A DNA stretch of 64,000 nucleotides from an uncultured Aliarcobacter sp. (GTDB taxonomy: Bacteria > Campylobacterota > Campylobacteria > Campylobacterales > Arcobacteraceae), in contig CAXXLV010000002.1 in NCBI GenBank assembly GCA_963664305.2, forward strand, positions 448,001 to 512,000. Direction: 5' to 3'. The position numbers and the translations under genes were made by a program. Below are positions 1 to 9,631 of this stretch, in pieces; within the stretch, counting starts at the first letter, position 1, and each line of letters begins with the position of its first letter. The notes below the pieces were generated by a model. The model was given only the letters and a program-made list of their open reading frames with translations, searched no databases and had not been told where the DNA came from.

Positions 1-453
1 ATTTTTAGCAACAATCATAGCAATTGGAATTAAAAGTACAGTTCTTCCTAAACTTGAGGGCATAACAAAACTAAATAATAAAGAAAAAATATTAATAAAA
101 ATCAAAATATTTAGATAAGAGGGATTTTTTATCAAAGAAAAAAGTGTAGAAAATCTTTCACTTAAATTTACATTTTTTATTGCACTTGCTATTAACATAC
201 CTGCGAATACAAGCCAAAAAGCAGAAGATGAAAATCCTGAAAAAATAATATCTTTGCTGCTTAAAGAGAATATCAAACAAGTAAATAAAAAGATAAGAGA
301 TGTTTGGTAATTTGGTATTATAGAAGTTGCCCAAAAAATAATTGTAGTTGTAAGTAATGAGATTAAAATCAGATTTTTAGTATCAACTATAAAATTTGAA
401 GCAATAAAATAAATAAAAATAGGAATAATAAAAAATAAAATATTTTTAATCAA
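1..453 (-). CDS. SLC13/DASS-family anion permease, N-terminal part (runs off the window start; not in ORF track)
   Basis: Manual minus-strand translation from TTG at 453 (AAGG upstream): MIKNILFFIIPIFIYFIAS...IIFWATSIIPNYQTSL...IIFSGFSSSAFWLVFAGMLIASAIKNVNLSERF...FVMPSSLGRTVLLIPIA; hydrophobic, with DASS-type motifs. Confidence 0.8.
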   Translation of the reverse strand, partial: MIKNILFFIIPIFIYFIASNFIVDTKNLILISLLTTTIIFWATSIIPNYQTSLIFLFTCLIFSLSSKDIIFSGFSSSAFWLVFAGMLIASAIKNVNLSERFSTLFSLIKNPSYLNILIFINIFSLLFSFVMPSSLGRTVLLIPIAMIVAKN

Positions 454-572
454 AATTAACCTTTATGAAGCTGTGATTTTTAATTTAATATCAACATATG
501 TAAATGATTAAAAAAGTTTATTCTACTATGATTAGATTAATTATTTATTTAATTTACATATAAAGGATTATT

Positions 573-1454
573 TTGACTGAAACTTTAAAAGCCCATTTTT
601 CAGTATTATTAGCTACCTTTTTAGTTGCAGGTTCGTTTATAGCAAGTGCAAAACTTTCAGGTGTTATTGATTCTATTTCTTTGACTTTATATAGATTTGT
701 TTTAGCAGCTATTATTTTAGCTCCACTTATTTTGATAAAAAAAGAGTATAGAAAAAAAATTATTCCAACTTTTCCAAGAGCTATGATTATAGGATTATTT
801 TATGCTTTATATTTTATTGGAATGTTCAAAGCTTTAGAAACAACAACAGCTTTAAATACAGGAACTTTATATACTTTAGTTCCTTTGATGACAGCGATTT
901 TATGTATATTCTTTTTTAAAGAAAAAATGAATTTAAAACAACTTTTTATATATTTTATAGGAATCCTTGGTACTTGTATAGTTGTATTCAAAGCAGATTT
1001 TGAATTGTTTTTAGGTTTTTCTTTAAATGAAGGGGATATCATATTTTTACTTGCTTCAACTTCAATGGCTTTGTATTCGATATTTTTAAAACTTCTACAT
1101 AAAAAAGGAGATATTCTTTTCGTGTTAGTTTTTACAACACTAATTGGTGGATGTTTTTGGATGTTTCTTTCTATGCAGGTTTTAAATATACCATTTGGAT
1201 GGGAAAAAATAAAAGGTGATTTGTTTTATTGGATGGCTTATTTAGTTATTGGAACAACAATTGTAACTCTATATTTATATCAAAAAAGTTCTATTATTTT
1301 AGGTCCAAAAAAATTGATGGCTTATGTATATCTAAGTCCTGCAATGGTTGCATTTTTATCTTTTATAATAGAAAAACAGACTATAAATTTTAATGTTTTT
1401 ATAGGGATTATCATATCAACATTTGCTACAATGATTCTATTAAAACAGAAGTGA
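573..1454 (+). CDS. DMT/EamA family transporter
   Basis: 293 aa, about 10 hydrophobic segments in two EamA-like halves; AAGGA RBS, TTG start. Confidence 0.85.
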   Translation: MTETLKAHFSVLLATFLVAGSFIASAKLSGVIDSISLTLYRFVLAAIILAPLILIKKEYRKKIIPTFPRAMIIGLFYALYFIGMFKALETTTALNTGTLYTLVPLMTAILCIFFFKEKMNLKQLFIYFIGILGTCIVVFKADFELFLGFSLNEGDIIFLLASTSMALYSIFLKLLHKKGDILFVLVFTTLIGGCFWMFLSMQVLNIPFGWEKIKGDLFYWMAYLVIGTTIVTLYLYQKSSIILGPKKLMAYVYLSPAMVAFLSFIIEKQTINFNVFIGIIISTFATMILLKQK

Positions 1455-1463
1455 GAATATATT

Positions 1464-2288
1464 ATGAAAATACCAAATATGATTTATGGAACAGCTTGGA
1501 AAAAAGAAAATACAACTGCTTTAGTTTTTGAAGCTTTAAAACAAGGATTTAGAGCTGTTGATACAGCATGTCAACCAAGACATTATCGAGAAGATTTAGT
1601 TGGCTTTGGTTTACAAAAAGCTTATGATAATGGAGTTGTAAAAAGAGAAGATTTATTTATTCAAACAAAATTTACTCCAATTGATGGGCAAGATAAAAAT
1701 AATATGCCATATTTAGAAAGTGATGAAATAGAAATTCAAGTGGAAAAATCTTTTGAAACTTCTAAAAAAAATCTAAAGACAAATTTTATAGATGCTTATA
1801 TTTTACATTCACCAGTTTATCCTGGAAGTAAACTTCAAAAAGTCTGGCAAAAAATGGAAGAGTTTTTTGATGCTGGTGAAGTAGGGCAATTAGGAATTAG
1901 TAATTGTTATGATTTAGATGTTTTAGTTTACATTTATAACAATGCAAGAATAAAACCATCAATCGTACAAAATCGATTTTATGCTCAAAGTGGATATGAT
2001 AAAGAAATAAGAGCTTTTTGTAATCAAAATGGTATAAAATACGAGAGTTTTTGGTCTTTAACTGCAAATCCAGATATTTTGACAAGTGCGATTTTACAAA
2101 CTTTATCACAAAAATATCAACGAGGTGTTGCTGAGATTTTTTATAGATTTTTAAATCATATAAATATAACGCCTTTAAATGGTACAACGTCTACAGAACA
2201 TATGATAAATGATTTAAAAATTAGTGAGTTTGAATTAGAAAGAAATGAGATAGAAGAGATAAATAATTTATTAAACAGTAGGTTATAA
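1464..2288 (+). CDS. Aldo/keto reductase
   Basis: YGTAW, AVDTA..Y, LFIQTKF, YILHSP, LGISN, QNRF motifs of the AKR family. Confidence 0.88.
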   Translation: MKIPNMIYGTAWKKENTTALVFEALKQGFRAVDTACQPRHYREDLVGFGLQKAYDNGVVKREDLFIQTKFTPIDGQDKNNMPYLESDEIEIQVEKSFETSKKNLKTNFIDAYILHSPVYPGSKLQKVWQKMEEFFDAGEVGQLGISNCYDLDVLVYIYNNARIKPSIVQNRFYAQSGYDKEIRAFCNQNGIKYESFWSLTANPDILTSAILQTLSQKYQRGVAEIFYRFLNHINITPLNGTTSTEHMINDLKISEFELERNEIEEINNLLNSRL

Positions 2289-2373
2289 AGTAAACAATTT
2301 TTGATTTTTTTCTTTATAGGTTCAGATATAATAATTTTATGTAAATCTTTATAAGTTTGTAATAAGGCTAAAT

Positions 2374-5040
2374 ATGGAGAAAATTTTAGGTTTAATAAAA
2401 AATAAATTTATATTAATAATTTTATTATTTACTTTTGTTTATTCTCAAGAAAAAGTAACTCTTCAACTTAAATGGCTTCACCAATTTCAATTTGCAGGAT
2501 ATTATGTTGCAAAAGAGAAAGGTTTTTATAGTGAAGTTGGTTTAGAAGTTGAAATAAAAGAGAGAAATTTACAAGTTAATAATGTAGAACAAGTAATAAA
2601 TAATGAAGCTGAATATGGTATAGCTGATACTGCTTTATTGCTTTATAAAATGAAAGAAAAACCTGTTGTAATAGTAGCTCCAATTTTTCAACACTCTCCA
2701 AATGTTTTAATCTCTTTAAAAAGTAGTGATATTCTATCTCCCTATGATTTAGATGATAAAAATATTTCTGTTTTTGCAAACGATACTGATAGTTTGACTA
2801 TTTTAGCAATGTTAAAAAAGTTAGAAATTCAACCAAATTTTTTAGCACAAAGAGAAAATAACGATTATCAAAAATTAATAGATAAAGAGATAGATGTTAT
2901 TTCTTCATATTTAAGTAATGAACCTTTTTATTTTAAAGAAATAAATATGGATATAAATATAATTAATCCTAGAAATTATGGATTTGATTTATATGGTGAT
3001 ATTTTATTTACCAATAAAAATGAGGCTTTAAATCATCCTGAACGAGTTGAAAAATTTAAAAAAGCAACTTTAAAAGGTTGGGAATATGCATTAAATCATA
3101 AAGAAGAAGTAATAGAGCTAATTCATAAAAAATATAATAATAAAAAATCAATCGAACACCTAAAATATGAAGCAAATATAATTGCTGAGATGATTGATAA
3201 AGAAAATATTCCTCTTGGAACAATAAATGAGGGTAGATTAAAGTATATTACTGATTTATATCAAGATTTTGGGTTATTAAAAAATAGTTTAAATATAAAA
3301 GAAATTATTTTTCAAAGATTTAGAAATGATTTAGATTTAACAGCAGAAGAATTAAATTATTTAGAAAATAAAAAAGAGTTAACATATTGTATTGATCCAA
3401 ATTGGTTACCTTATGAAAAGAATTTGGAACAAAAACATGTGGGAATAACAGCTGATTATTTTAAAATTTTTCAAAAAGAGTTAGGGGTTTCTTTTCACTT
3501 TATACCTACATCTAGTTGGAGTGAAACATTATCTTTTGTAAGAGATAAAAAATGTGATATTTTATCTCTTGCCGCAGTTAATGAAGAAAGAAAAAAATTT
3601 GTAAACTTTACAAAATCTTATATACAATCTCCTTTAGTAGTTGCTACAAAAACTGATGAGATTTTTATCTCTGATATTTCAGATATAAAAGATAAAAAAG
3701 TAGGAATTGTAAAAGGATATTCTTTTATAAAATCATTAAAAGAAAAATATCCAGATATTAATATTGTAGAAGTAAAAGATATTGATGATGGACTAGAAAA
3801 AGTTAAAAACAAAGAGTTATATGGATTTATTGATACTTTAACAACTATTGCATATTCAATACAACATGAATATGCAACCCAATTAAAAATTAGTGGAAAG
3901 TTTGATGAAACATTAGATTTATCACTTGGAACAAGAATTGATGAACCAATATTAAATAGTATTTTTAATAAAGTCATAGATGGAATAACATTTGATGATA
4001 AACAAATGATTTTTAATAAATGGACATCAGTTAAAGTTGAAGAAAAAACTGATTATAAAGAAGTATTATTGTGGGTTTTGGGAACAATTTTTGTATTTGG
4101 AATAGTTTTATTTATTGTAATTGATGCAAATATGAAATTAAGTGAAGAGATAAAAAAAAGAGAAGAGGTTGAAAAAAGATTAAAAAGTTTTAATAAATTG
4201 ATTGATGAACATATCATATCTTCTTCAACTGATTTAAAAGGAAACATTACAGAAGTTTCAAGTGCTTTTTGTGAAATAAGTAAATATTCTAGAGAAGAAT
4301 TAATTGGTCAAAATCAAAATATAGTAAGACATCCTGATATGCCAAAAGAGGTTTATGAAGATTTATGGAGAACAGTTAGAGAAAATAGAGTTTGGACTGG
4401 TGAGATTAAAAATATTGCAAAAGATAAAACAGTTTATTGGGTAAATACAACAATTAGTCCTAAATTCAATGAATTTAATGAAAAAATAGGTTATGTTTCT
4501 ATTCGACATGATATTACTGATAAAAAGATCATAGAAGAGATTTCAATAATGGATGGTTTGACAAATATTTATAATAGAAGATTTTTTAATGATTTCTCAC
4601 CAAAATTTGTAAATGGTTCAAAAAGAGAAAATGATTACATATCTTTTTTAGTTATAGATGTGGATTATTTTAAACAATACAATGATACTTATGGTCATAT
4701 AATGGGTGATGAAGTTTTAAAAAAAGTAGCAGGTGTATTAAAAAATCATACTTCAAGATTGGATGATTATTGTTTTAGATTAGGTGGAGAAGAGTTTGGA
4801 ATATTATTTAAATCTAAAGATAAAAATAAAGCTTTTGAATTTTCAAAATTTATTTTAAAAGATATAGAAGAGTTAAAAATAGAACATAAAAATAGTAAAG
4901 TTAGTAGTTATATTACTGTATCTATGGGACTTTTTAGTGATTTTGCAAACAATATAAATAATATTGATGAAATGTATAAAAAAGCTGATGAGATGCTTTA
5001 TTTAGCAAAAGAATCTGGTAGAAATAGAGTGATTTGTTAA
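2374..5040 (+). CDS. Membrane diguanylate cyclase (NMT1/THI5-like binding domain, SBP_bac_3-like domain, TM, PAS, GGDEF)
   Basis: LQLKWLHQFQFAGYY N-terminus; CIDPNWLPY module; PAS (NIVRHPDMP); DVDYFKQYNDTYGH...RLGGEEF. Confidence 0.9.
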   Translation: MEKILGLIKNKFILIILLFTFVYSQEKVTLQLKWLHQFQFAGYYVAKEKGFYSEVGLEVEIKERNLQVNNVEQVINNEAEYGIADTALLLYKMKEKPVVIVAPIFQHSPNVLISLKSSDILSPYDLDDKNISVFANDTDSLTILAMLKKLEIQPNFLAQRENNDYQKLIDKEIDVISSYLSNEPFYFKEINMDINIINPRNYGFDLYGDILFTNKNEALNHPERVEKFKKATLKGWEYALNHKEEVIELIHKKYNNKKSIEHLKYEANIIAEMIDKENIPLGTINEGRLKYITDLYQDFGLLKNSLNIKEIIFQRFRNDLDLTAEELNYLENKKELTYCIDPNWLPYEKNLEQKHVGITADYFKIFQKELGVSFHFIPTSSWSETLSFVRDKKCDILSLAAVNEERKKFVNFTKSYIQSPLVVATKTDEIFISDISDIKDKKVGIVKGYSFIKSLKEKYPDINIVEVKDIDDGLEKVKNKELYGFIDTLTTIAYSIQHEYATQLKISGKFDETLDLSLGTRIDEPILNSIFNKVIDGITFDDKQMIFNKWTSVKVEEKTDYKEVLLWVLGTIFVFGIVLFIVIDANMKLSEEIKKREEVEKRLKSFNKLIDEHIISSSTDLKGNITEVSSAFCEISKYSREELIGQNQNIVRHPDMPKEVYEDLWRTVRENRVWTGEIKNIAKDKTVYWVNTTISPKFNEFNEKIGYVSIRHDITDKKIIEEISIMDGLTNIYNRRFFNDFSPKFVNGSKRENDYISFLVIDVDYFKQYNDTYGHIMGDEVLKKVAGVLKNHTSRLDDYCFRLGGEEFGILFKSKDKNKAFEFSKFILKDIEELKIEHKNSKVSSYITVSMGLFSDFANNINNIDEMYKKADEMLYLAKESGRNRVIC

Positions 5041-5104
5041 AATAAAATAACAAAAATTAAAGTTTTTTAGATAGTATAAATTTTTTTAAATTAAAGGAGA
5101 AATC

Positions 5105-5629
5105 TTGAAAAAAATAGCATTATCTATATTTTTTAGTGCAACTATGATTTTTGCACAAAACTTTACATTAAGTAGTTCAGATTTACAAGGACAATTAACA
5201 TCAAAACAAGTATTTAATGGTTTTGGATGTACTGGAGAAAATATATCTCCTGAACTTTCATGGAAAGATGCTCCAAAAGGAACTAAATCTTTTGCAGTTA
5301 CAGTTTATGATCCAGATGCACCAACTGGTTCTGGATGGTGGCATTGGGTTACTTTTGATATTTCAAAAGATAAATTTACACTTCCAACTGGTTTTGGAAA
5401 TAGTGAATCAAAAGATGTTATTCAAAGTGTAACAGATTATGGTAAAACTGGTTTTGGTGGTGCTTGTCCTCCTGTTGGAGATAAAGCTCATAGATATGTA
5501 TTTACTGTTTATGCTTTAGATATAGAAACTTTAGGATTAGATAAAAATGCAAATCCTGCACTTGTAGGATTTTATTTAAATGCTCACTCTTTGGCAAAAG
5601 CTTCTTTAATTTCATATTACGGAAGATAA
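5105..5629 (+). CDS. YbhB/YbcL family PEBP (Raf kinase inhibitor-like) protein, exported
   Basis: Signal peptide; DPDAPTGSGWWHW and GACPPVGDKAHRY motifs. Confidence 0.92.
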   Translation: MKKIALSIFFSATMIFAQNFTLSSSDLQGQLTSKQVFNGFGCTGENISPELSWKDAPKGTKSFAVTVYDPDAPTGSGWWHWVTFDISKDKFTLPTGFGNSESKDVIQSVTDYGKTGFGGACPPVGDKAHRYVFTVYALDIETLGLDKNANPALVGFYLNAHSLAKASLISYYGR

Positions 5630-5631
5630 AA

Positions 5632-6501
5632 CTATTTAAATCTATTTTTTAGAAACTCTATCAGGGTTTCAAAAAGTAGATTTTTTGTTTTTTCTTTATG
5701 ATAAACCAAATAAAATTCTCTTTTTAATTTCAAATTTTTTAGTTTTATTTGAAATAGTTTTTTCTTTTTTAACTCTTCTTCTACAATAATTTTTGATATA
5801 GCTGTAACCGTGTCTGGATTATTTAAAACAATTTTTTTAATCTCTTCAAAATCTTGTAATTGCATAAAAATATCTAACTCTTTTGATATTTCTCCTATTT
5901 GATTTATAAATATTTCCCTTGTTCCTGAACCAATTTCTCTTAAAATCCATCTTTTTTTTATGGTATCAATAAAAGCCTCTTTTAAATAGTTCTTATCACT
6001 TGTAACTACAATCAATTCATCATCACTAAGTTTTTCTTTTATTAAACTTGAGTTTTGTGTATCAACTTCAATTAAACCAATATCAAGTTCAGATTTTAAT
6101 ATTTTTTCTATAATTTTACTTGAATTAATGGTGGAAATATCAAGTTTTACATCTTTGTATTTTGTCAAAAAATCATAATAAATATTTGGCATTATGTAGT
6201 TTGAAATAGTTCTACTTGAAGCTATTTTTATATTTCCTGCCAGTTTATTTTCTTGGAAAATAGTTTGTGCATCCATAAGTGCTAAATAGTGAGAAAGAGT
6301 CTTTTCTTTAAAATATTTTCCCTTTTCATTTAAAATTAGTTTTTTACCAATTCTGTTAAATAGTTGTTCATTTAGTGAATTTTCTAGAGATTTTATTGCT
6401 AGAGAAATAGCTGATTGACTAATATTTAATTCACTTGCTACTTGAGTAACTTGAGGATTTTCACTTAGTTTATAAAAAAAGTGTAGTTCTTTAAGGGTCA
6501 T
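5632..6501 (-). CDS. LysR family transcriptional regulator (YeiE/CysL-like)
   Basis: N-terminal HTH (SQSAISLAIKSLE...LFNRIGKK); WILREIGSGTRE; divergent from yeiH. Confidence 0.88.
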   Translation of the reverse strand: MTLKELHFFYKLSENPQVTQVASELNISQSAISLAIKSLENSLNEQLFNRIGKKLILNEKGKYFKEKTLSHYLALMDAQTIFQENKLAGNIKIASSRTISNYIMPNIYYDFLTKYKDVKLDISTINSSKIIEKILKSELDIGLIEVDTQNSSLIKEKLSDDELIVVTSDKNYLKEAFIDTIKKRWILREIGSGTREIFINQIGEISKELDIFMQLQDFEEIKKIVLNNPDTVTAISKIIVEEELKKKKLFQIKLKNLKLKREFYLVYHKEKTKNLLFETLIEFLKNRFK

Positions 6502-6600
6502 AATTTTCCTTATTAAAAATATTAATCATTATATTAAAATTAATATATTTTACAAATTAATAAATAGGAGTTATACTTACAAAATCAAAGGAGTTGTATT

Positions 6601-7623
6601 ATGAAAATTAATAATTTAGATATGAAAAATACTTTTTATGGAGTTTTATTTGTTGGATTTTTTTCTTTAATAGCAACGATTTTAGCAGGAGTAGATTTTT
6701 TTAGAAATTTAGGAATTAGCTCACTTATAATAGGAATAGTTTTAGGAATTTTTTATGCAAACACATTTAAAAAAAGATTTTTAAATTTTGGAAAAAATGG
6801 AATAATATTTTCAACAAAATATATTTTAAGATTTGGAATTATTTTATATGGATTTAGATTGACTTTTCAAAATTTGCAAGAAGTAGGATTTAACGGAATT
6901 TTTATTGCTTTTTTTATAGTTTTTTTTACTTTTATTTTTGGATACTTTATTGGGGTAAAAGTTTTAAAAATTGACCGTGAGATTGCTATTTTATGTAGTG
7001 CTGGAAGTTCTATTTGTGGAGCAGCAGCTGTTATGGCAACACAAAGTGTTCTAAAAAATGAAGCTTATAAAAGTGCCATTGCAGTATCTTTTGTAGTGAT
7101 TTTTGGAACAATAGCTATGTTTTTGTATCCATTTTTGTATAAATTAGGAATATTTGATTTAAGTGCTTCTCAAATGGGAGTTTATATAGGTGCAACTTTA
7201 CATGAAGTAGCTCATGTTGTGGGTTCTTCAAATAGTTTGGGAGAAGTAGTATCTAAAGATGCAATTATTGTAAAAATGATAAGAGTAATATTTATAGTTC
7301 CTTTTTTAATTTTATTATCAATTTGGTTGATTAAAACAGGTTTTCATAATAAAAAAGAGAAATCAAAAGTTATTATTCCTTGGTTCGCTTTGATATTTAT
7401 AGTTGTTGTGGGATTCAATTCTTTTGGCTTTTTGAGTATAAAAACAATAGAAAATATAAATTATTTAGATAATTTTGCTTTAACAATGGCAATGACAGCC
7501 TTAGGAATGGAAACAAGTTTTGATAAGTTTAAAAATATTGGTATGAAACCTTTTTATTTATCTTTGATTTTATTTGTTTGGTTGATTATTATTGGATATT
7601 TGTTAGTAAAATTCTTTTTTTAA
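6601..7623 (+). CDS. yeiH: YeiH family putative sulfate/sulfite exporter
   Basis: LRFGIILYGFRL, AGSSICGAAAV, GATLHEVAHVV, IVKMIRV, TMAMTALG motifs. Confidence 0.9.
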   Translation: MKINNLDMKNTFYGVLFVGFFSLIATILAGVDFFRNLGISSLIIGIVLGIFYANTFKKRFLNFGKNGIIFSTKYILRFGIILYGFRLTFQNLQEVGFNGIFIAFFIVFFTFIFGYFIGVKVLKIDREIAILCSAGSSICGAAAVMATQSVLKNEAYKSAIAVSFVVIFGTIAMFLYPFLYKLGIFDLSASQMGVYIGATLHEVAHVVGSSNSLGEVVSKDAIIVKMIRVIFIVPFLILLSIWLIKTGFHNKKEKSKVIIPWFALIFIVVVGFNSFGFLSIKTIENINYLDNFALTMAMTALGMETSFDKFKNIGMKPFYLSLILFVWLIIIGYLLVKFFF

Positions 7624-7651
7624 ATAAGTATCTTTAAAAAGATACTTATTT
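7622..7651. terminator. Bidirectional intrinsic terminator between yeiH and the convergent operon
   Basis: Perfect inverted repeat AAATAAGTATCTTT-AA-AAAGATACTTATTT. Confidence 0.7.
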
Positions 7652-7652
7652 T

Positions 7653-8483
7653 TTACCAATTATTTTTCATTAAATCTTGTTCAAACATAGCTTGTGTTAA
7701 AACATCATAACCTTTTAATTCTTCAGCAGTTGTAACAACCCATTTATTTAAACCTTCCATTTGCATCATTTTTTTGATGATTGGTTCATTTGGGTCTTGT
7801 GAAAGCATCATATCAACAAAAGTTTTTTTCACTTTTTCATCTAAACTATTGAGAGCTGTAAAGTTACAATGACAATATCCCTCACTTACATAAAAAGATT
7901 CGATTTCACCTGCAGGAAATAATCCCTCCTCAATAATTCTAATCCAAGTGCTAATACCAATTGCTCCTGCATCAATTTTATCTTCTTTTATAGCTTCAAT
8001 AATATCAAATTCACTTCTTCCTGTATCTCCATGTTTTCCTAAATTAGAATTAAATCTAATAATTTCAACATCATTGATTTTTTCTTTTAGTTCATTTTGT
8101 AGATATTTTAAAGGTAAAATTGCAGCTTGAGCTGAATCAGCACTTCCAAGACCAAATTTTTTGCCTTTTAAATCATGAATAGATTTAATACCACTTTTTG
8201 CTTTTGTGATAAACACAGATTTAAAATCAATATCCGTATCTCTCATAAGTAAAGCTTGAGCTTTGTGATTACTTAATTCATAAGTTCTTACCCAAGCAAC
8301 ATTTGTATTCCAAGCAATATCTATTTTCCCAGATAATAAATATTCAATTTGTGCTTCATAATTTGAAAATAGAATATAATCAAGTCTTACACCATTATCA
8401 TTGAAATAATCTCTAATAATATCCCAAATCGGTACAACTTTTGGGTCATAAGCAACTGAACCCACAACTATTGGTTTTTGCAT
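7653..8483 (-). CDS. PhnD/phosphonate-binding-fold (PBP2) protein without signal peptide
   Basis: YEAQIEYLLSGKIDIAW, DLKGKKFGLGSADS typical of PhnD-like proteins; N-terminus is not a signal peptide; GYCHCNFT motif. Confidence 0.8.
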   Translation of the reverse strand: MQKPIVVGSVAYDPKVVPIWDIIRDYFNDNGVRLDYILFSNYEAQIEYLLSGKIDIAWNTNVAWVRTYELSNHKAQALLMRDTDIDFKSVFITKAKSGIKSIHDLKGKKFGLGSADSAQAAILPLKYLQNELKEKINDVEIIRFNSNLGKHGDTGRSEFDIIEAIKEDKIDAGAIGISTWIRIIEEGLFPAGEIESFYVSEGYCHCNFTALNSLDEKVKKTFVDMMLSQDPNEPIIKKMMQMEGLNKWVVTTAEELKGYDVLTQAMFEQDLMKNNW

Positions 8484-8492
8484 TTTTTATCC

Positions 8493-9620
8493 TTATAAAA
8501 TTGATTGATTTGTTAAAGCTTTTCCAAGCCAAGTTGTAAGAACATCAGTACTTGGAGCCATAACTTGTGCTGCAAGTGAATCTCTTAATAGTCTTTCTAT
8601 ATTTATTCTTTTAGCGTATGCTGTACCTCCACCAATCTTCATAGCTAAAGTACAAACTTTTACAGCCATTTCAGAAGCATGAATTCTTGCAGCTAATACA
8701 TTTGCTTGAGCCATTGGGTCAGCTTCAATTACACTTTTTGCAGCACTTAATGTAAAATATTTCGCACTTGCTGCATTTGTATAGATTTCAGAGATATGAT
8801 TTTGAACAGTTGGGATATTACATAAAGCTGTTTCATCACTATATTTTCTATTTATTGAATACTCATTGATTGAATTACAAGCATTTAAAGCAACTCCACT
8901 ATAAACAGCTGCTAATCCCATGATAAAAAATGGACCAACACAATTAAATATTTGATCTAGTCCCGTTCCACTCTCCCCAATTTTTGATTTTTCATCAATT
9001 TTTACATCTTTTAAAATCATTGGACAAGAAGCATTTCCTCTCATACCAAGACCATTCCAAGCACTCTCTTCAAAAGTAATTCCAGCTAAATCTTTTGAAA
9101 TAATCCAGTTATCTAAACCTTCAGTTTCAACAGAGTTTGCATCAATTAAATAATAATCAGCATAAGTAGCAGATGTAACAAAACTTTTTCTACCATTCAT
9201 AAATAAAGTTTCATTTTCTTTTGTAACTTTAATTTCTGGATTATAAAAGTGTGTTCCTGTTCCACTTTCACTATATGCAAGTGCTAACATAATTTCACCA
9301 TTTGCAATTCTTGGTAAAAACTCTTTTTTTAGTTCATCACTTCCATAAGTTGCAATACAATTTGTTGCAACATTGTGCATCATATAACATAAAGCTGTTG
9401 TGGCGCAATAATTTGCAAAAGCTAAAATAGTTTGTGTATGGTCTTGAAAATTTAATCCCATTCCTCCAAACTCTTTTGGAACTAAAAGACCTGTTAATTT
9501 TTTTTCTTTAATTGCTTTAAAACTTTCAACTGGAAATTTTCCCTCAATATCCACATTGTCTGTATATGGTGCAATATTTTCTTTTGCAAACTCTAACATT
9601 TCATTATATAAATTTGACAT
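8493..9620 (-). CDS. Acyl-CoA dehydrogenase-fold flavoprotein (non-canonical)
   Basis: LLVPKEFGGMG, ALAYSESGTG, NGRKSFVTSA, WNGLGMRG, IGGGTAY...IERLLRDS. Confidence 0.88.
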   Translation of the reverse strand: MSNLYNEMLEFAKENIAPYTDNVDIEGKFPVESFKAIKEKKLTGLLVPKEFGGMGLNFQDHTQTILAFANYCATTALCYMMHNVATNCIATYGSDELKKEFLPRIANGEIMLALAYSESGTGTHFYNPEIKVTKENETLFMNGRKSFVTSATYADYYLIDANSVETEGLDNWIISKDLAGITFEESAWNGLGMRGNASCPMILKDVKIDEKSKIGESGTGLDQIFNCVGPFFIMGLAAVYSGVALNACNSINEYSINRKYSDETALCNIPTVQNHISEIYTNAASAKYFTLSAAKSVIEADPMAQANVLAARIHASEMAVKVCTLAMKIGGGTAYAKRINIERLLRDSLAAQVMAPSTDVLTTWLGKALTNQSIL

Positions 9621-9631
9621 TTTTTTTCCTA

